DNA of 64,000 nt from a bacterium (GTDB taxonomy: Bacteria > Hinthialibacterota > Hinthialibacteria > Hinthialibacterales > Hinthialibacteraceae), in assembly GCA_963662285.2 (NCBI GenBank), contig CAXXMV010000002.1:1664001-1728000 (forward strand). Direction: 5' to 3'. Under the pieces are notes generated by a model. It had not been told where the DNA came from, did not search any database, and was given only the letters and a program-made list of their open reading frames with translations. The position numbers and the translations under genes are program-made. Shown here in pieces: positions 41,201 to 49,881 of this stretch (positions are counted from its first letter, which is position 1; each line of letters opens with the position of its first letter).

Positions 41201-41304
41201 GCGTCATCTACTCGGGATAAAGCAGTTTCTGAAATGCCAACCACCGCGAGTAACAAATAGAATAACCATAATCGCCGGGATGCAGCGCAAGTTGACCGTG
41301 TCAT
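35254..41304 (-). CDS. 2016-aa surface protein: carboxypeptidase-regulatory-like, putative Ig (He_PIG) repeats, WD40 propeller, Pro/Thr linker, two FN3-like modules, C-terminal FGE-sulfatase (SUMF1) domain
   Basis: GGxxPY..SGxLPxGL..GxISGTP repeats; GH..WD repeats; FLMGS, LPTEAQWEYACRAG, PNAWGLYDMSGNAWEWC, GFRL. Confidence 0.88.
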   Translation of the reverse strand: MTRSTCAASRRLWLFYLLLAVVGISETALSRVDDANKQAPASVAPMSATPSLIVTVYDAETGDTVKSATVSIDTGESILTNKNGQCTFAVLSATDHVIDVTKTGYYLIRKPTTSIDTEYTTRISIQLPLVLSIVADATQFYAETGALYSQPVSAKGGEPPYQYSVSGGALPAGMVLDGSSGVISGVPSEAGVYNFTIQASDFHSSVEESFIITQVNPLVFTDDLRFPDGTVGEYYLSKITVIEGKPDYWFSVSSGALPDGLKLSASGIISGTPTTRISKSFIVQVRDVRDATEEQEFIITIFDQISITNNRFKNGKTGSSYNQSLSHIGGNDFESVSWSVQSGELPPGLSVRQSDSLAWVISGVPSKAVSTIATLKVTDFDGRSSTKRFTFYVTDLDLALATKYVFNGHDGPVGLVKFSPDGRKAITSGLNDQTLFLWNLDTGKQIYKIERTNKILGAALSIDGQQLLTGDSSGLLSQWNAETGNYLQSFSGGHTEQVVDLMLTKDDKWMLSGSEDNTAILWDPQIWNKQLAWFVYKKYIGHSDNISAAVFSPDETKILTGSHDKTAILWDKASSSQIATFAGHGGPVNAVDFSPSGSMIVTAAGEPDNTAKLWTWSGSTAINLGRYDFHSGAINAAAFSPNENQVLTGSDDHSLILWDADELSTILSFDQPMAPTYSVAFSPDGQYCLSGHDDVSILRWLGPSLKVEVKNLTAGTPVSGATVTIAGLTRLTDSAGQCSFRYIPNGDYEIQVSKSGLQMLNQTTVNIVQFQTMQLEIDLIPNSDNPLNIFTTSLPRAETGRYYDQQIVVGGGRAPYKFTIPYGTLPPGLSLQSANGIISGTPTVEGSYKFNISVLDSDFIYVEQEFIINQDNPVTIITPERLKNGTVGISYPFSFELFGGLAPFNFAVVSSSLPGGLTMSTDGKISGSPTAAGVFSFKVKVTDARNETHQKEFDLDIFNPITIDMIRLNDGVVGHGFKQQLTISGGNPNGPYVWDYNSGRDIPGVDLIQEASQSWVLSGTPTEDFFETLVFAVKDQDGRSAIKDYLLEIYPPIEITTDYLPDGRRDEAYSEVIEFESGAPPFSFTASGQLPAGLSLNKLTGVISGIPTISQLKTFTVKVTDSAYPDKQSVEKSLTIRIVSDMVILTPSLLAGVVRDVTLTPIILSVSGGTPPYSWSLVDGTLPDGTEISSASGEIRGIPAEYGDFDFTLRVNDADGATADKRFSWRVFDTLKILSDAVPNAAKESDYYFRISLSGGEPPFLWQIKSGALPGGLQLAKDTGALFGRPIENASVEFTVQVSDGIESAQTVEKTYSIMVDDNIFPPDRRLPDGVIDIPYNVTFYTEVGIAPYVWRIASGALPEGISFEGSIGNNSSIAGTPIQPGSYSFQLSFTDSSIPVINQSRDYELKIITPIPTPTPTYTSTPTLTPTPTATPTPTITFTPTITSTPTITPTFTMTSTPDPNDTPTPGPSPTNTPFYTPTPGVAPNSVNVYDDDLSQISLTGQTDFDDLDDRILSIRWNYSGSEPVYEWHVYVKQGDGGYFFIGKTSQGASRSFLWRQANVNAQYQFRVWGLYKRENDSTGLIVLTQPGPMGYNLSDGSAIKLKRIANPDDIPARTARVFDDLYHGTNLSGSQDTDSYLERALAIKWNPGQGQISNSHVYISTDGRNYSFLGQTGASDVYYYRFDGNGTFSTANIWRDGPQANTTYWFRVLAIKTTGEVVQMDTGPVGFSLKVENTPTPNVPDKPTPLPDAEITIDIAGLPGGSKSLQLVPIQSGVFLMGSPDNEEQREDDEGPQHHVTISRSFYLGKYEITNAQFAAFLTVKGAKSEEEFDYLNEDSEDNRFSLNGDQWIVDAGYENMPVVNVTWYGARDFCSWINEIDGVLNYSLPTEAQWEYACRAGSSTRYYWGDDLTESVINDYAWYNANAGDNVNQVGLKKPNAWGLYDMSGNAWEWCGDLFGEYQSSSQVDPVGADSGIVRVGRGGGYKSKASGARSARRSWDLPEFSMGFRLAGALKD

Positions 41305-41645
41305 AAGAAATTCCTTCTAGAGCGGTTATCAAAATAGATTTATTTATTATTACCTTTAGTCTTTTTAAAAACGCCAAAATGAATGTTATTATATCAAGTA
41401 CTCTGGAAATTGAGCTTAACTAATTTCTGTAAATATGTTATGTTACCTGATATTTAAAAATCTTTGAACCCGTTTTTTTAATGAAATGAATACTTTACCG
41501 TTTAACCAATCCGGCGCTCTAACTCATTTTCATTGAAAATCGCTTTAATCATCATGTCAAACAACCATGAGGCGTTGAAAAAAGCGAGAATTTTTCGTAA
41601 GTTTAACGCTATTTCATGAATATGACCCAAAAAGGGGATAATAAA

Positions 41646-43055
41646 ATGGAAAAATCAACCATTGCAGTAATACTTGGAAACAGAAATTTCTTTCCTGACC
41701 AGCTAATTTCCGCTGCCCGCCAGGATATTTTGAACCTATTCAATCAAATGAATATCGAACCAGTTATGCTGGATGAGAATCAAACCAAACTGGGATCAGT
41801 CGAAACCTGGGCGCACGCCAAACAATGCGCTGAACTTTTTAAAAAACATAGTGACAAAATCGATGGCATCCTTGTGTGCCTGCCCAATTTCGGCGACGAA
41901 AAAGGCGTGGCTGACGCCATTAAATTATCAGGGTTGCGCGTTCCAATTCTGGTGCAGGCTTATCCCGATGCTATGGATAAAATGAACCTTGAATGCCGTC
42001 GGGATTCCTTCTGCGGCAAAATCTCCGCTTGCAACAACCTTCGTCAGTATGGCTATGCCTTCTCATTGACCACCCAACATACCGTCGATCCCCTATCGGA
42101 CAGTTTCAAGGTTGATTTGCAGCGCTTCCTCGGCGTTTGCCGCGTCGTTAAGGGAATGCGGTCCGCCAGACTGGGCGCTATCGGGGCGCGTCCCAACGCT
42201 TTCAATACTGTGCGATACAGCGAAAAAATTCTCCAGGAATCCGGCGTCAGCGTCTCGACTATCGACCTATCAGAGATTTTCGGCAAAGCCCGGAAAATGG
42301 GCGACGATGATGCCAAAGTTAAAGCTAAAATCGAAGAGATTACCTGTTACGCCAACTGCACTAATTCTCCTGCTCAATCCATGCTCATGATGGCGAAACT
42401 GGCCATTGCTATAACCGACTGGATGGATGAACTGGAACTGGATGGCACGGCCATCCAGTGCTGGACCTCAATCCAGGAAAATTACGGCGTCAACTCATGC
42501 GCCCTGATGAGCCTGATGAGCGATAAATTAATGCCCAGCGCCTGCGAAGTCGACATCACCGGAGTCCTGGGCATGTACGCCCTGCAACTGGCCTCGCAAA
42601 CCCCCAGCGCCTTGGTCGATTGGAACAATAATTACGGTGACGATCCCAATAAATGCGTACTCTTCCATTGCGGAAACTGGGCTAAATGCTTCCTGCCCGA
42701 TATGAAAATGCAGGCATCGGACATCCTGGGCGCCATCCTCGGCGATGATAAAGCCTACGGCGCCGTCTCCGGCAGGACCGCAGGCGGACCCATGACATAC
42801 GCCCGCATCAGCACCGATGATAACATCGGCATGATCCGCGCCTATGTAGGAGAAGGCCAGTTCACCGATGATCCATTAACCAGCTTCGGCGCCAATGCTG
42901 TAGTTGAAATCCCCGGCATGCAAAACCTGCTGCACTATATCTGCTCTCAGGGCTTTGAACACCATGTAGCAATGAGCGCATCCAATTGCGCAGCAATTCT
43001 AGCTGAAGCCTTTGATAAATATCTATACTGGGATGTATATCATCACCAGGGATAA
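41646..43055 (+). CDS. L-fucose/L-arabinose isomerase family protein
   Basis: PNFGDE, RRDSFCGK, AIQCW, ACEVD, FHCG, GFEHH; start after GGGGA. Confidence 0.85.
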   Translation: MEKSTIAVILGNRNFFPDQLISAARQDILNLFNQMNIEPVMLDENQTKLGSVETWAHAKQCAELFKKHSDKIDGILVCLPNFGDEKGVADAIKLSGLRVPILVQAYPDAMDKMNLECRRDSFCGKISACNNLRQYGYAFSLTTQHTVDPLSDSFKVDLQRFLGVCRVVKGMRSARLGAIGARPNAFNTVRYSEKILQESGVSVSTIDLSEIFGKARKMGDDDAKVKAKIEEITCYANCTNSPAQSMLMMAKLAIAITDWMDELELDGTAIQCWTSIQENYGVNSCALMSLMSDKLMPSACEVDITGVLGMYALQLASQTPSALVDWNNNYGDDPNKCVLFHCGNWAKCFLPDMKMQASDILGAILGDDKAYGAVSGRTAGGPMTYARISTDDNIGMIRAYVGEGQFTDDPLTSFGANAVVEIPGMQNLLHYICSQGFEHHVAMSASNCAAILAEAFDKYLYWDVYHHQG

Positions 43056-43061
43056 CCAAAC

Positions 43062-43125
43062 GTAGGATGGGACAAAGCAAAAAAAAATCATGGGTATGAT
43101 AACCACCCAAGCAGCGTGTCCCATC
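43062..43125 (+). repeat. GTAG-REP with internal insertion
   Basis: GTAGGATGGGACAAAGC...CAGCGTGTCCCATC; compact version at 54056-54087. Confidence 0.55.
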
Positions 43126-43147
43126 GTCTTATGCAACCACCCAAAAA

Positions 43148-43199
43148 TCCCTCTCCCAAGATTGGGAGAGGCTAGGTGAGGGTTGATAACAACAACCCT
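43148..43199 (+). repeat. BoxC-like repeat
   Basis: TCCCTCTCCCAAGATTGGGAGAGGCTAGGTGAGGGTTGATAACAACAACCCT, matches 3942-3992. Confidence 0.75.
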
Positions 43200-43259
43200 T
43201 GCGCATTGCTACCAACATATTGCATAATCATATTTCAAATATGATTTGGGGATAAAACA

Positions 43260-43688
43260 ATGATAGAAAACAAAGATTACATCGTCATCGTACAATGCCA
43301 CATCGTAAAAGAACGCTGCTCCGGATACCTATGCGAGAAAGCCTTCCATGAACGCGTCGGCGGCTTTGTTGATTACAGCCCGGACGTCAACTACCGCACC
43401 ATAAACATGACCTGTGGTGGATGCTGCGGCCTTGCCGTACAGCGCAAACTGAGCCATTTCTGTAAAAGCATTAAAAAGAAGGAAGCCATAACCAAAGACC
43501 GTATAGTGGTGCAGCTCTCATCCTGTATCACTCAGGATAACTACCACGGCCCGGCCTGCCCCCATATCGATTACATCAAAGACTTGATCAAACGCATTGG
43601 GCTGGATATCCACGAGAACACCTATCTCAGCATAAAAGCCGAACAAAGACGCCAGTCGGGCATCTACCAAATCCGCCACGAATCATAG
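43260..43688 (+). CDS. CGGC domain-containing protein
   Basis: IVQC..ERCSGYLC, TCGGCCG, LSSC, CPH. Confidence 0.85.
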   Translation: MIENKDYIVIVQCHIVKERCSGYLCEKAFHERVGGFVDYSPDVNYRTINMTCGGCCGLAVQRKLSHFCKSIKKKEAITKDRIVVQLSSCITQDNYHGPACPHIDYIKDLIKRIGLDIHENTYLSIKAEQRRQSGIYQIRHES

Positions 43689-43701
43689 AAAACCATCCAA
43701 T

Positions 43702-43806
43702 GTAGGGTGCGCCCCTCGTGGGCGCCCGATATGCGGGCAGCCCTTGATCAAACCACCTACGATAGCCTACGCGTAGGGTGGGCTAAAAGCGATAGCGTAG
43801 CCCACC
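43702..43806. repeat. Mosaic of three REP types
   Basis: GTAGGGTGCGCCCCTCGTGGGCGCCC; family A end CAGCCCTTGATCAAACCACCTAC; GTAGGGTGGGCTAAAAGCGATAGCGTAGCCCACC. Confidence 0.8.
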
Positions 43807-43833
43807 AAGGATAACTTAATATATCTGGCAACC

Positions 43834-46800
43834 CTATCCCCTCCCATGCAATACATCACACGCATGGTCAGCCAGAACCGATCGAATATCTCCCGCATAA
43901 TTATCAAGAATTTCTTTGCTCCCACCGCACTTGGCCAATGTTCTCCCGATAACCAATTCCAGATAGGCGCTGGAGAATTTCTGCTCTCCGTCAATACCTT
44001 TTTTGGCGGTGTATCCGCCGATAAATGGTTTAGCCGACAAAGCCTCCAACGCGGGGATGCATTTTTTATCCGCCAATAAATCCAGGCTGAAGCACAATGA
44101 AATAATCCGGTCGTAATTGGGGATGCGCCGCCAGTGCAGCCGGGGATTAGCTTGCTGCGGCCCTCCCGCTTCGGTCTGATTTACTATATCACACAGAGTA
44201 TCCAAAGCGCGTTTATCGCCCGATAATCCCAGCAATACAATAAGTTGGTTCACTCTCCAATAAACGCTGGTTTCACCAACAATCCCCCCATAGGGACGTT
44301 TGCTGGAATCAATCTCGCTGTGTTGAGGTTTATCCTTCAGCGCGTTCAGTTCCTGTAGAAGAATATCAACTCCTGTGTTCGATCCGAATCTCGCCAACGC
44401 CATCGCAACTAACAATTTATCTGATGCCTTGCTGGCATACGCTTCTTCAAGCAGAGGCAGCATCACGTTTTTATCTAAACAAAAACTCAGTAACAAAGCT
44501 TTGTCGTCGCCTTTAACCAAAGATTCAACCAGACTCTGCGCTGAGGGCGCCCCCGTATCAGGCGAGCCGATATCCTCTTGCCGGATAATACCTTTTTCCA
44601 ACAAGTGTTTTTGCAGTTTATTAATATCAATTGATCTCAACGAAATACGCCTGCCAGCCGCTTCCGCCGCCGCCATACCAATCGCGTAGCCCAGGTTTTG
44701 CTGGTCGCGCTGCATTCGCATAAAACAAAATGCATCACGGCTGGCCGACAGGGCCTTGCCGATAACCAACAGCCCCTCTATTCCCTTCGGCAGACAAACT
44801 CTATACGGTATGCGCACCAGTTTCTCATCGCGATGGTAAGGGATATATCCTAAACGGGCTAACAAAGAGCCTTGCAATCCATGAGAATCAAAATCGGTTA
44901 ATCCAATAGCGATTGCGTCTGGAAAACGGCGCTGCAAAAACACATCTTCTTCGCTGAAATGATAATCACCCTCGATATGTCTCGATTCGCGCACGCATGG
45001 AAACTGAGAAAAATCATAATCAACGCCATACTTATGACCGATCAATATTCCCCGTGAAGCATCGCGATTATTGGTGATATCGATTACGCCCAAATCAAGA
45101 TTTACGCCATTGACCTGTTTATTCAAACGCCAGTTGCACAGGTTGTAAGTTTGCAGGTCTCCGCCCCGCGCATCGCCCAGTACGCTTTTCACGCCCGACC
45201 AGACCGCCAGGTCTCCATCACCGGTCGCATCAATGGTCGCTTCCGATCTGATGACGCTCAGGCCATCCGCATTAAGAGCAATGATGCCTTTGACGCTTTT
45301 ACCTTCCAATACTACGCCTACCGCCTTGGTTCTAAAAAATATCTGACTATCATTCTTTCTGGTCTCATAGAATAGCGCCATCATCTTGGCTTCAACATTC
45401 CACGAAGACATCTTGAAACGCGCGCTGATTCGATCCGTCATATCATAGACTTTTTGATCAAGTTCTTTATTGAATCCACCACTATATCCATGATAGTAAT
45501 TATTGATGCCGCCCAGCGTCCCGGTTCCGCCCAGACCGGAAAAAGCATCGACCACCGTAACTTTACCCGTCATACGCCCTGCGGAAATCGCAGCCGACGC
45601 CCCCGCCGTCCCCCCGCCGACCACCAGTACATTACAGGCATCCATCTGGGGAAGATTCTTCGCCGCTGGTAAATCCAATGCATAGAATTCCAAACTGAAA
45701 CGGTGATCATATTGTTGCTGGGGCGACAAAGCATTGAACGCAAATTCCCGCTGATTCATGCGTACCATCAGGTCTTCGGACGCAGGTGAAACTTTCACTC
45801 CGGCAACCCGTTCAGATATGGCGTCAACCATTGATGTGATCTTTAGATTCATTTTAAGCAGATCGTCGCCATCCCATGTTTCATGCAGCATATCACCGCC
45901 ATTGCATACAAAAAGATTACGGCAATCTTTAATCTCATTTGCGCTATTTACATCCACCGAATAGAGCGGCGGCATTCGCAATTCCGAAGAAGACTGAACG
46001 ATAACTGCATCTCCGAATTTTTCCGGCATATCTTTCTTTAGATATGCCGCCAGCAAAATAGTTATAGTCCTGGCCCCGGTCTCCCAACTCATTATCTCTT
46101 TATAATCAACGCTATTGCAAGTTATGGGGATCAAAAACTCAACATAGGCATGGCCTTGACCCATACCCCCAGGATGAATCATGATCCGGTTACCGGATAC
46201 GCCAAGATTGGATGGGATGTCTATAGTTTCAATTTTCACGTCGCTAACCGAGAAATATTCAATTACTCTACGAACCGAAAATTGATCAACAACCTGCTTG
46301 ATCTTCGATCCAGCCATACGCGCCACGCCATAATCTTCGCTGCAATCAATCACAGTCTTGGCCAGGATAGTTTGCAAGCCGCTCTTATTACCAACCACGA
46401 CTCCTGCAACGCGGTCTTTATACATCAATGTTCCAGCAACTTGCGACATAAACAGAACATCAACCCCCGCCCCTTGCAACGACTTAAGCAGGTTCTTCTT
46501 CAAGACGCCTAAGTGCAGTGGAGTCTCAACTGCTTTGGATAATCCTTTAATGTTCTCTCCACCAAACAGCATATCTTTCAAATCATCACTGATATTCTCA
46601 ATGCCATTGGTCTTAATCCAGGGGCGTAAAGTTGCGGCGATATCACTGCCCAGAAAACTACGCGATTCAACCAGCAGAACTCTATTGCCCTGCTTAGCCG
46701 CTTTAATCGCAGCCAGACATCCCGCGATGCTGCCATTAACAACCAGTACATCAACATCCTTTTTTACAGACGCAGAACTGGATTTTCCAAAAGCAGGACT

Positions 46801-46863
46801 ATTTATCAAAGTGACCGCCGAACCAGCAGCCAACATGCTTCCCAAAAAATCACGACGTTTCAT
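43834..46863 (-). CDS. Tat-exported FAD-dependent oxidoreductase with two FAD_oxidored-like domains
   Basis: KRRDFL; DVLVVNGSIAG and NVLVVGGGTAG; IDATGDGD; RESRHI; IPYRVCLP. Confidence 0.8.
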   Translation of the reverse strand: MKRRDFLGSMLAAGSAVTLINSPAFGKSSSASVKKDVDVLVVNGSIAGCLAAIKAAKQGNRVLLVESRSFLGSDIAATLRPWIKTNGIENISDDLKDMLFGGENIKGLSKAVETPLHLGVLKKNLLKSLQGAGVDVLFMSQVAGTLMYKDRVAGVVVGNKSGLQTILAKTVIDCSEDYGVARMAGSKIKQVVDQFSVRRVIEYFSVSDVKIETIDIPSNLGVSGNRIMIHPGGMGQGHAYVEFLIPITCNSVDYKEIMSWETGARTITILLAAYLKKDMPEKFGDAVIVQSSSELRMPPLYSVDVNSANEIKDCRNLFVCNGGDMLHETWDGDDLLKMNLKITSMVDAISERVAGVKVSPASEDLMVRMNQREFAFNALSPQQQYDHRFSLEFYALDLPAAKNLPQMDACNVLVVGGGTAGASAAISAGRMTGKVTVVDAFSGLGGTGTLGGINNYYHGYSGGFNKELDQKVYDMTDRISARFKMSSWNVEAKMMALFYETRKNDSQIFFRTKAVGVVLEGKSVKGIIALNADGLSVIRSEATIDATGDGDLAVWSGVKSVLGDARGGDLQTYNLCNWRLNKQVNGVNLDLGVIDITNNRDASRGILIGHKYGVDYDFSQFPCVRESRHIEGDYHFSEEDVFLQRRFPDAIAIGLTDFDSHGLQGSLLARLGYIPYHRDEKLVRIPYRVCLPKGIEGLLVIGKALSASRDAFCFMRMQRDQQNLGYAIGMAAAEAAGRRISLRSIDINKLQKHLLEKGIIRQEDIGSPDTGAPSAQSLVESLVKGDDKALLLSFCLDKNVMLPLLEEAYASKASDKLLVAMALARFGSNTGVDILLQELNALKDKPQHSEIDSSKRPYGGIVGETSVYWRVNQLIVLLGLSGDKRALDTLCDIVNQTEAGGPQQANPRLHWRRIPNYDRIISLCFSLDLLADKKCIPALEALSAKPFIGGYTAKKGIDGEQKFSSAYLELVIGRTLAKCGGSKEILDNYAGDIRSVLADHACDVLHGRG

Positions 46864-46931
46864 AATCGCCTCACTTATTTCGTTTTGTTCCCGGTGGAAT
46901 CAAAACTATGCCCCCGTTGAGCATTTCGTAT

Positions 46932-46980
46932 GGGCGCCAAGGGCAAGACCGCATTGCGGTCAGCCCTTGATCAAGCCACT
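46932..46980. repeat. REP family A
   Basis: GGGCGCCAAGGGCAAGACCGCATTGCGGTCAGCCCTTGATCAAGCCAC. Confidence 0.8.
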
Positions 46981-47039
46981 TTATTATAACAAATTGAATA
47001 TCCTTTTTATTTTCAATATCGGGTATTTATCATAGTTTA

Positions 47040-47711
47040 TTAGTTTTCCGTTTCTTTCCTGGTGGAATCTAATCGATGTCCACCGTTAAGGATTTCTAAA
47101 ACGCTCTTCTTTGAATCCAACATCCATTCCTGATATATCTCTTTTTTAAAGTTAGCCCGGTATTCACGTATGTTTCCATCGTCTTGATATTCATATATGT
47201 ATTGGATGAAATATTCATTTTTACCCTTGTTGCGCGTCTTTATCTCAATTTTCTTGCTCTTTCCATCATCCCCATAAACCGTCCATGATTCAGGTACGCC
47301 ATAATGAGAATAAACCGTCGTCTTTTCCATCGTACCATCTTCCCTGTACCGCGCAATGTTAGGAATCAAAGGCCGCCGCTTCTGCGTTTGATCAATAGTA
47401 AAAGCATAGGCTTGGATCACATATTTCATCTGATCTTCATCAGTAAAAACAAAAGTTTTAATATTGCCGGTATGCTCCCATTGAATATATTCAGCAGTTT
47501 CCGTAAAGGCGACGGGAAACGTCAACGGCCCCGGAACCACAATCTCCTCCTCATCCCAGACTTTCTTCAACCGGCATTCAGAGGTATCTAAACTAAGCGG
47601 TAGATAAGTATTTTCGGGATGATCTTTAGGCAAGACGGATATCATGGCCACGCTGACCACAATGCCAGCGCAAACCGCATATATCACCAGAAAAATATAA
47701 CGTTTCTTCAC
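47040..47711 (-). CDS. Hypothetical exported or membrane-anchored protein
   Basis: GAGGAG SD, GTG start, N-terminal hydrophobic helix. Confidence 0.6.
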   Translation of the reverse strand: MKKRYIFLVIYAVCAGIVVSVAMISVLPKDHPENTYLPLSLDTSECRLKKVWDEEEIVVPGPLTFPVAFTETAEYIQWEHTGNIKTFVFTDEDQMKYVIQAYAFTIDQTQKRRPLIPNIARYREDGTMEKTTVYSHYGVPESWTVYGDDGKSKKIEIKTRNKGKNEYFIQYIYEYQDDGNIREYRANFKKEIYQEWMLDSKKSVLEILNGGHRLDSTRKETEN

Positions 47712-47771
47712 AAATGAGCTCTCCTCAATAACCTATTCTAATTCTCTAACCATCAAATTCCCCTGTGTCAA

Positions 47772-47797
47772 GTAGGCTGCGCCCCTTGTGGGCGCCC
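47772..47797 (+). repeat. GTAG-REP
   Basis: GTAGGCTGCGCCCCTTGTGGGCGCCC, similar to 43702. Confidence 0.65.
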
Positions 47798-47830
47798 AAG
47801 CCAATAGCCCATAAAAACCACAAATCCTTT

Positions 47831-47861
47831 AAAACAACAACGGGGCCGCAAAGCCCCGTTG
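47831..47861 (-). terminator. Terminator after rplL
   Basis: CAACGGGGC-loop-GCCCCGTTG then TTGTTTT on the minus strand. Confidence 0.7.
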
Positions 47862-47893
47862 ATTTATTCATGTAAAGATAATCGAAAACCGTC

Positions 47894-48274
47894 TTATTTA
47901 ATTTCAACAACGGCGCCGACTTCTTCCAGTTTGGCTTTAACTGCTTCAGCTTCTTCTTTGGTGACGCCTTCTTTAACGGCTTTAGGAGCGTTGTCAACCA
48001 ATTCTTTAGCTTCTTTAAGACCCAGGCTGGTGATTTCACGAACTACTTTGATAGCCTTGATTTTCTGTGATCCAGGGCTCATGAGCATAACGTCGAATTC
48101 GGTCTGCTCTTCAACAGCAGCGCCTTCACCAGGAGCGGCCATCATCATACCGGCCATTGGCGCGGCGGCGGTAACGCCGAATTTCTCTTCCATTTCGTCC
48201 GCTAACTCTTTCGCTTCAAGAAGCGTTAAAGCTGCGATATCCTCAAGTATTTTTTCTATTTTTTCGCTTGCCAT
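47894..48274 (-). CDS. rplL: 50S ribosomal protein L7/L12
   Basis: [30 protein letters not shown]; start after GAAGGAG. Confidence 0.97.
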   Translation of the reverse strand: MASEKIEKILEDIAALTLLEAKELADEMEEKFGVTAAAPMAGMMMAAPGEGAAVEEQTEFDVMLMSPGSQKIKAIKVVREITSLGLKEAKELVDNAPKAVKEGVTKEEAEAVKAKLEEVGAVVEIK

Positions 48275-48354
48275 CAGATAATACTCCTTCAAAAATTTAT
48301 TGTTTTTTATATTTATGTATAAAACTTATATCTATTAAAAACTTAAGACTAATC

Positions 48355-48888
48355 TTAAGCTGCATCTTCCAGTTTTTCGCAATAAGCCTTCATCAGTCCA
48401 TGCAATTTGTTGTGCAGACCCTTGACGCAACCCAGAACATTGCTGGCCGGGGCTTTGACGCTTCCCAAAATCATGGAATGCAGTTGATTCAGTGAAGGCG
48501 TCTTGGATAATATCGCTACCTGCGCTGCATCCAGATAATCTTCACCGACGACTCCGCCTCGAATCTCAATTTGATCATTCTTCTTAGCGAATTCCATTAG
48601 GATTTTCGCTGGTGCAACAGGATCATCTCCCGAGAAAATCACGCAGTTGGGACCAAGCAGCAAATTGTTGATATCTTCTTTATATGGCCGGTCAGCAATT
48701 ACCCGCTTCATCATACGGTTGCGAACAACTCGCATAACTCCACCTGCTTCACGAATTTGGTTGCGTAATGCCGATATCTTATCAACCGAAAGTTTGTGAT
48801 AGTTAAAAAGTAGAAAGCCGGCGGCTCCTTCAAGGTTTTCTGTATAAAGCTGAGTCAGTTTCTCTTTATCAGATCGTGTAACTGTCAT
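48355..48888 (-). CDS. rplJ: 50S ribosomal protein L10
   Basis: L10-like sequence (LRNQIR..VVRNR, GPN, PAKILMEFAK) immediately upstream of rplL. Confidence 0.92.
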   Translation of the reverse strand: MTVTRSDKEKLTQLYTENLEGAAGFLLFNYHKLSVDKISALRNQIREAGGVMRVVRNRMMKRVIADRPYKEDINNLLLGPNCVIFSGDDPVAPAKILMEFAKKNDQIEIRGGVVGEDYLDAAQVAILSKTPSLNQLHSMILGSVKAPASNVLGCVKGLHNKLHGLMKAYCEKLEDAA

Positions 48889-48952
48889 CTATCTTTCACC
48901 TCCTTCCAAATATATTTCTTATCATTAAATACTGCTTAACATTTACTATTTG

Positions 48953-49612
48953 TTATCTTCTGTCAGCGCTCACCGGATCAGGTTGAATCATCCATCCCGG
49001 TTCAAACGCCTCCTCTGTATTTTCCGTATCCCAATAACTCAAGCGCCAACAGCCATTATCACTCTGCGCCCGGTAGATAGTTGAATGCGGTACGTCAATC
49101 TTCACTGTCTCATCCGGCGGGATATCCGCCAGCAGGGACAGGATGATTCGGTTGATGGCGAAATGCGCCACGATTAACAGCGGCTCCGGTTCCTGCCATT
49201 GCTCAATACGTTCGACGATTTGCTGCGCCCGTGGAACTGCGTCCACATTGGCTTCGCCTTCCGGAGGACGATAATCCCACTTATTCTCAGTTCTTAAGAG
49301 CCACTGACCGGGAAATTTTTCTTCCAATTGCTCCAGCGTATTTCCTTCGAATGCGCCAAAAGAGACCTCGCTCAATTCTTGCACCGGCTCTACTTCAATG
49401 CCCGTTTCGGCTTGAATAATTCCCGCCGTCTGTCGCGCCCGTCCCAGTGGACTGATCAACGCTCGCTGAATACCCAACGGTTTCAATGCACGTGCGACGC
49501 AGGCGGCCTGTTGCTCGCCCAATTCTGATAACGGAGAATCCACCAGGCCTTGAAGCCGCCCTGCTTTATTGTAGAGCGTCTGACCATGACGGACGAAATA
49601 GATCGTTTTCAT
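48953..49612 (-). CDS. Histidine phosphatase (phosphoglycerate mutase) family protein
   Basis: YFVRHGQT, SPLGRARQTA, LSEVSFG, VAH; start reset to MKTI. Confidence 0.88.
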   Translation of the reverse strand: MKTIYFVRHGQTLYNKAGRLQGLVDSPLSELGEQQAACVARALKPLGIQRALISPLGRARQTAGIIQAETGIEVEPVQELSEVSFGAFEGNTLEQLEEKFPGQWLLRTENKWDYRPPEGEANVDAVPRAQQIVERIEQWQEPEPLLIVAHFAINRIILSLLADIPPDETVKIDVPHSTIYRAQSDNGCWRLSYWDTENTEEAFEPGWMIQPDPVSADRR

Positions 49613-49627
49613 AGATTCTTGCAGTAC

Positions 49628-49662
49628 TCCCCTCTCCCCACGGGAGAGGGCCAGGGTGAGGG
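49628..49662 (+). repeat. BoxC-like repeat
   Basis: TCCCCTCTCCCCACGGGAGAGGGCCAGGGTGAGGG. Confidence 0.7.
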
Positions 49663-49697
49663 CGAATCTAAAAACACCACCCGTCAAACCTTCAATT

Positions 49698-49730
49698 AAA
49701 AAAGGCTCAATCCCCTAGAGATTGAGCCTT
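49698..49730 (-). terminator. Terminator/attenuator downstream of the L10 leader
   Basis: AAGGCTCAATC-loop-GATTGAGCCTTTTTT on the minus strand. Confidence 0.75.
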
Positions 49731-49794
49731 CGATCATTTTATTTAATAATTCTATAGCTCATTGAACTGTAGAAAAAACAATTTTGATCTTGGG

Positions 49795-49848
49795 GCGCCA
49801 ATCTCGGCAGGATATTAATCCAATCAGGAACCTGCTGTCTTCAATTGA
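49795..49848 (-). ncRNA. Ribosomal protein L10 leader (cis-regulatory RNA)
   Basis: GAAGACAGCAGG...TTAATATCCTGCCGAG just after the rplA stop, matching the L10(L12)4-binding leader core as I recall it. Confidence 0.8.
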
Positions 49849-49881
49849 TGCAACCGAATTTTTATATGTCTACTATTCCGA

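Noticed and set aside
49613-49687. N-terminal extension of the phosphatase in the ORF track
   Set aside because: It is the BoxC-like repeat read in frame; the family normally begins just before the RHG motif
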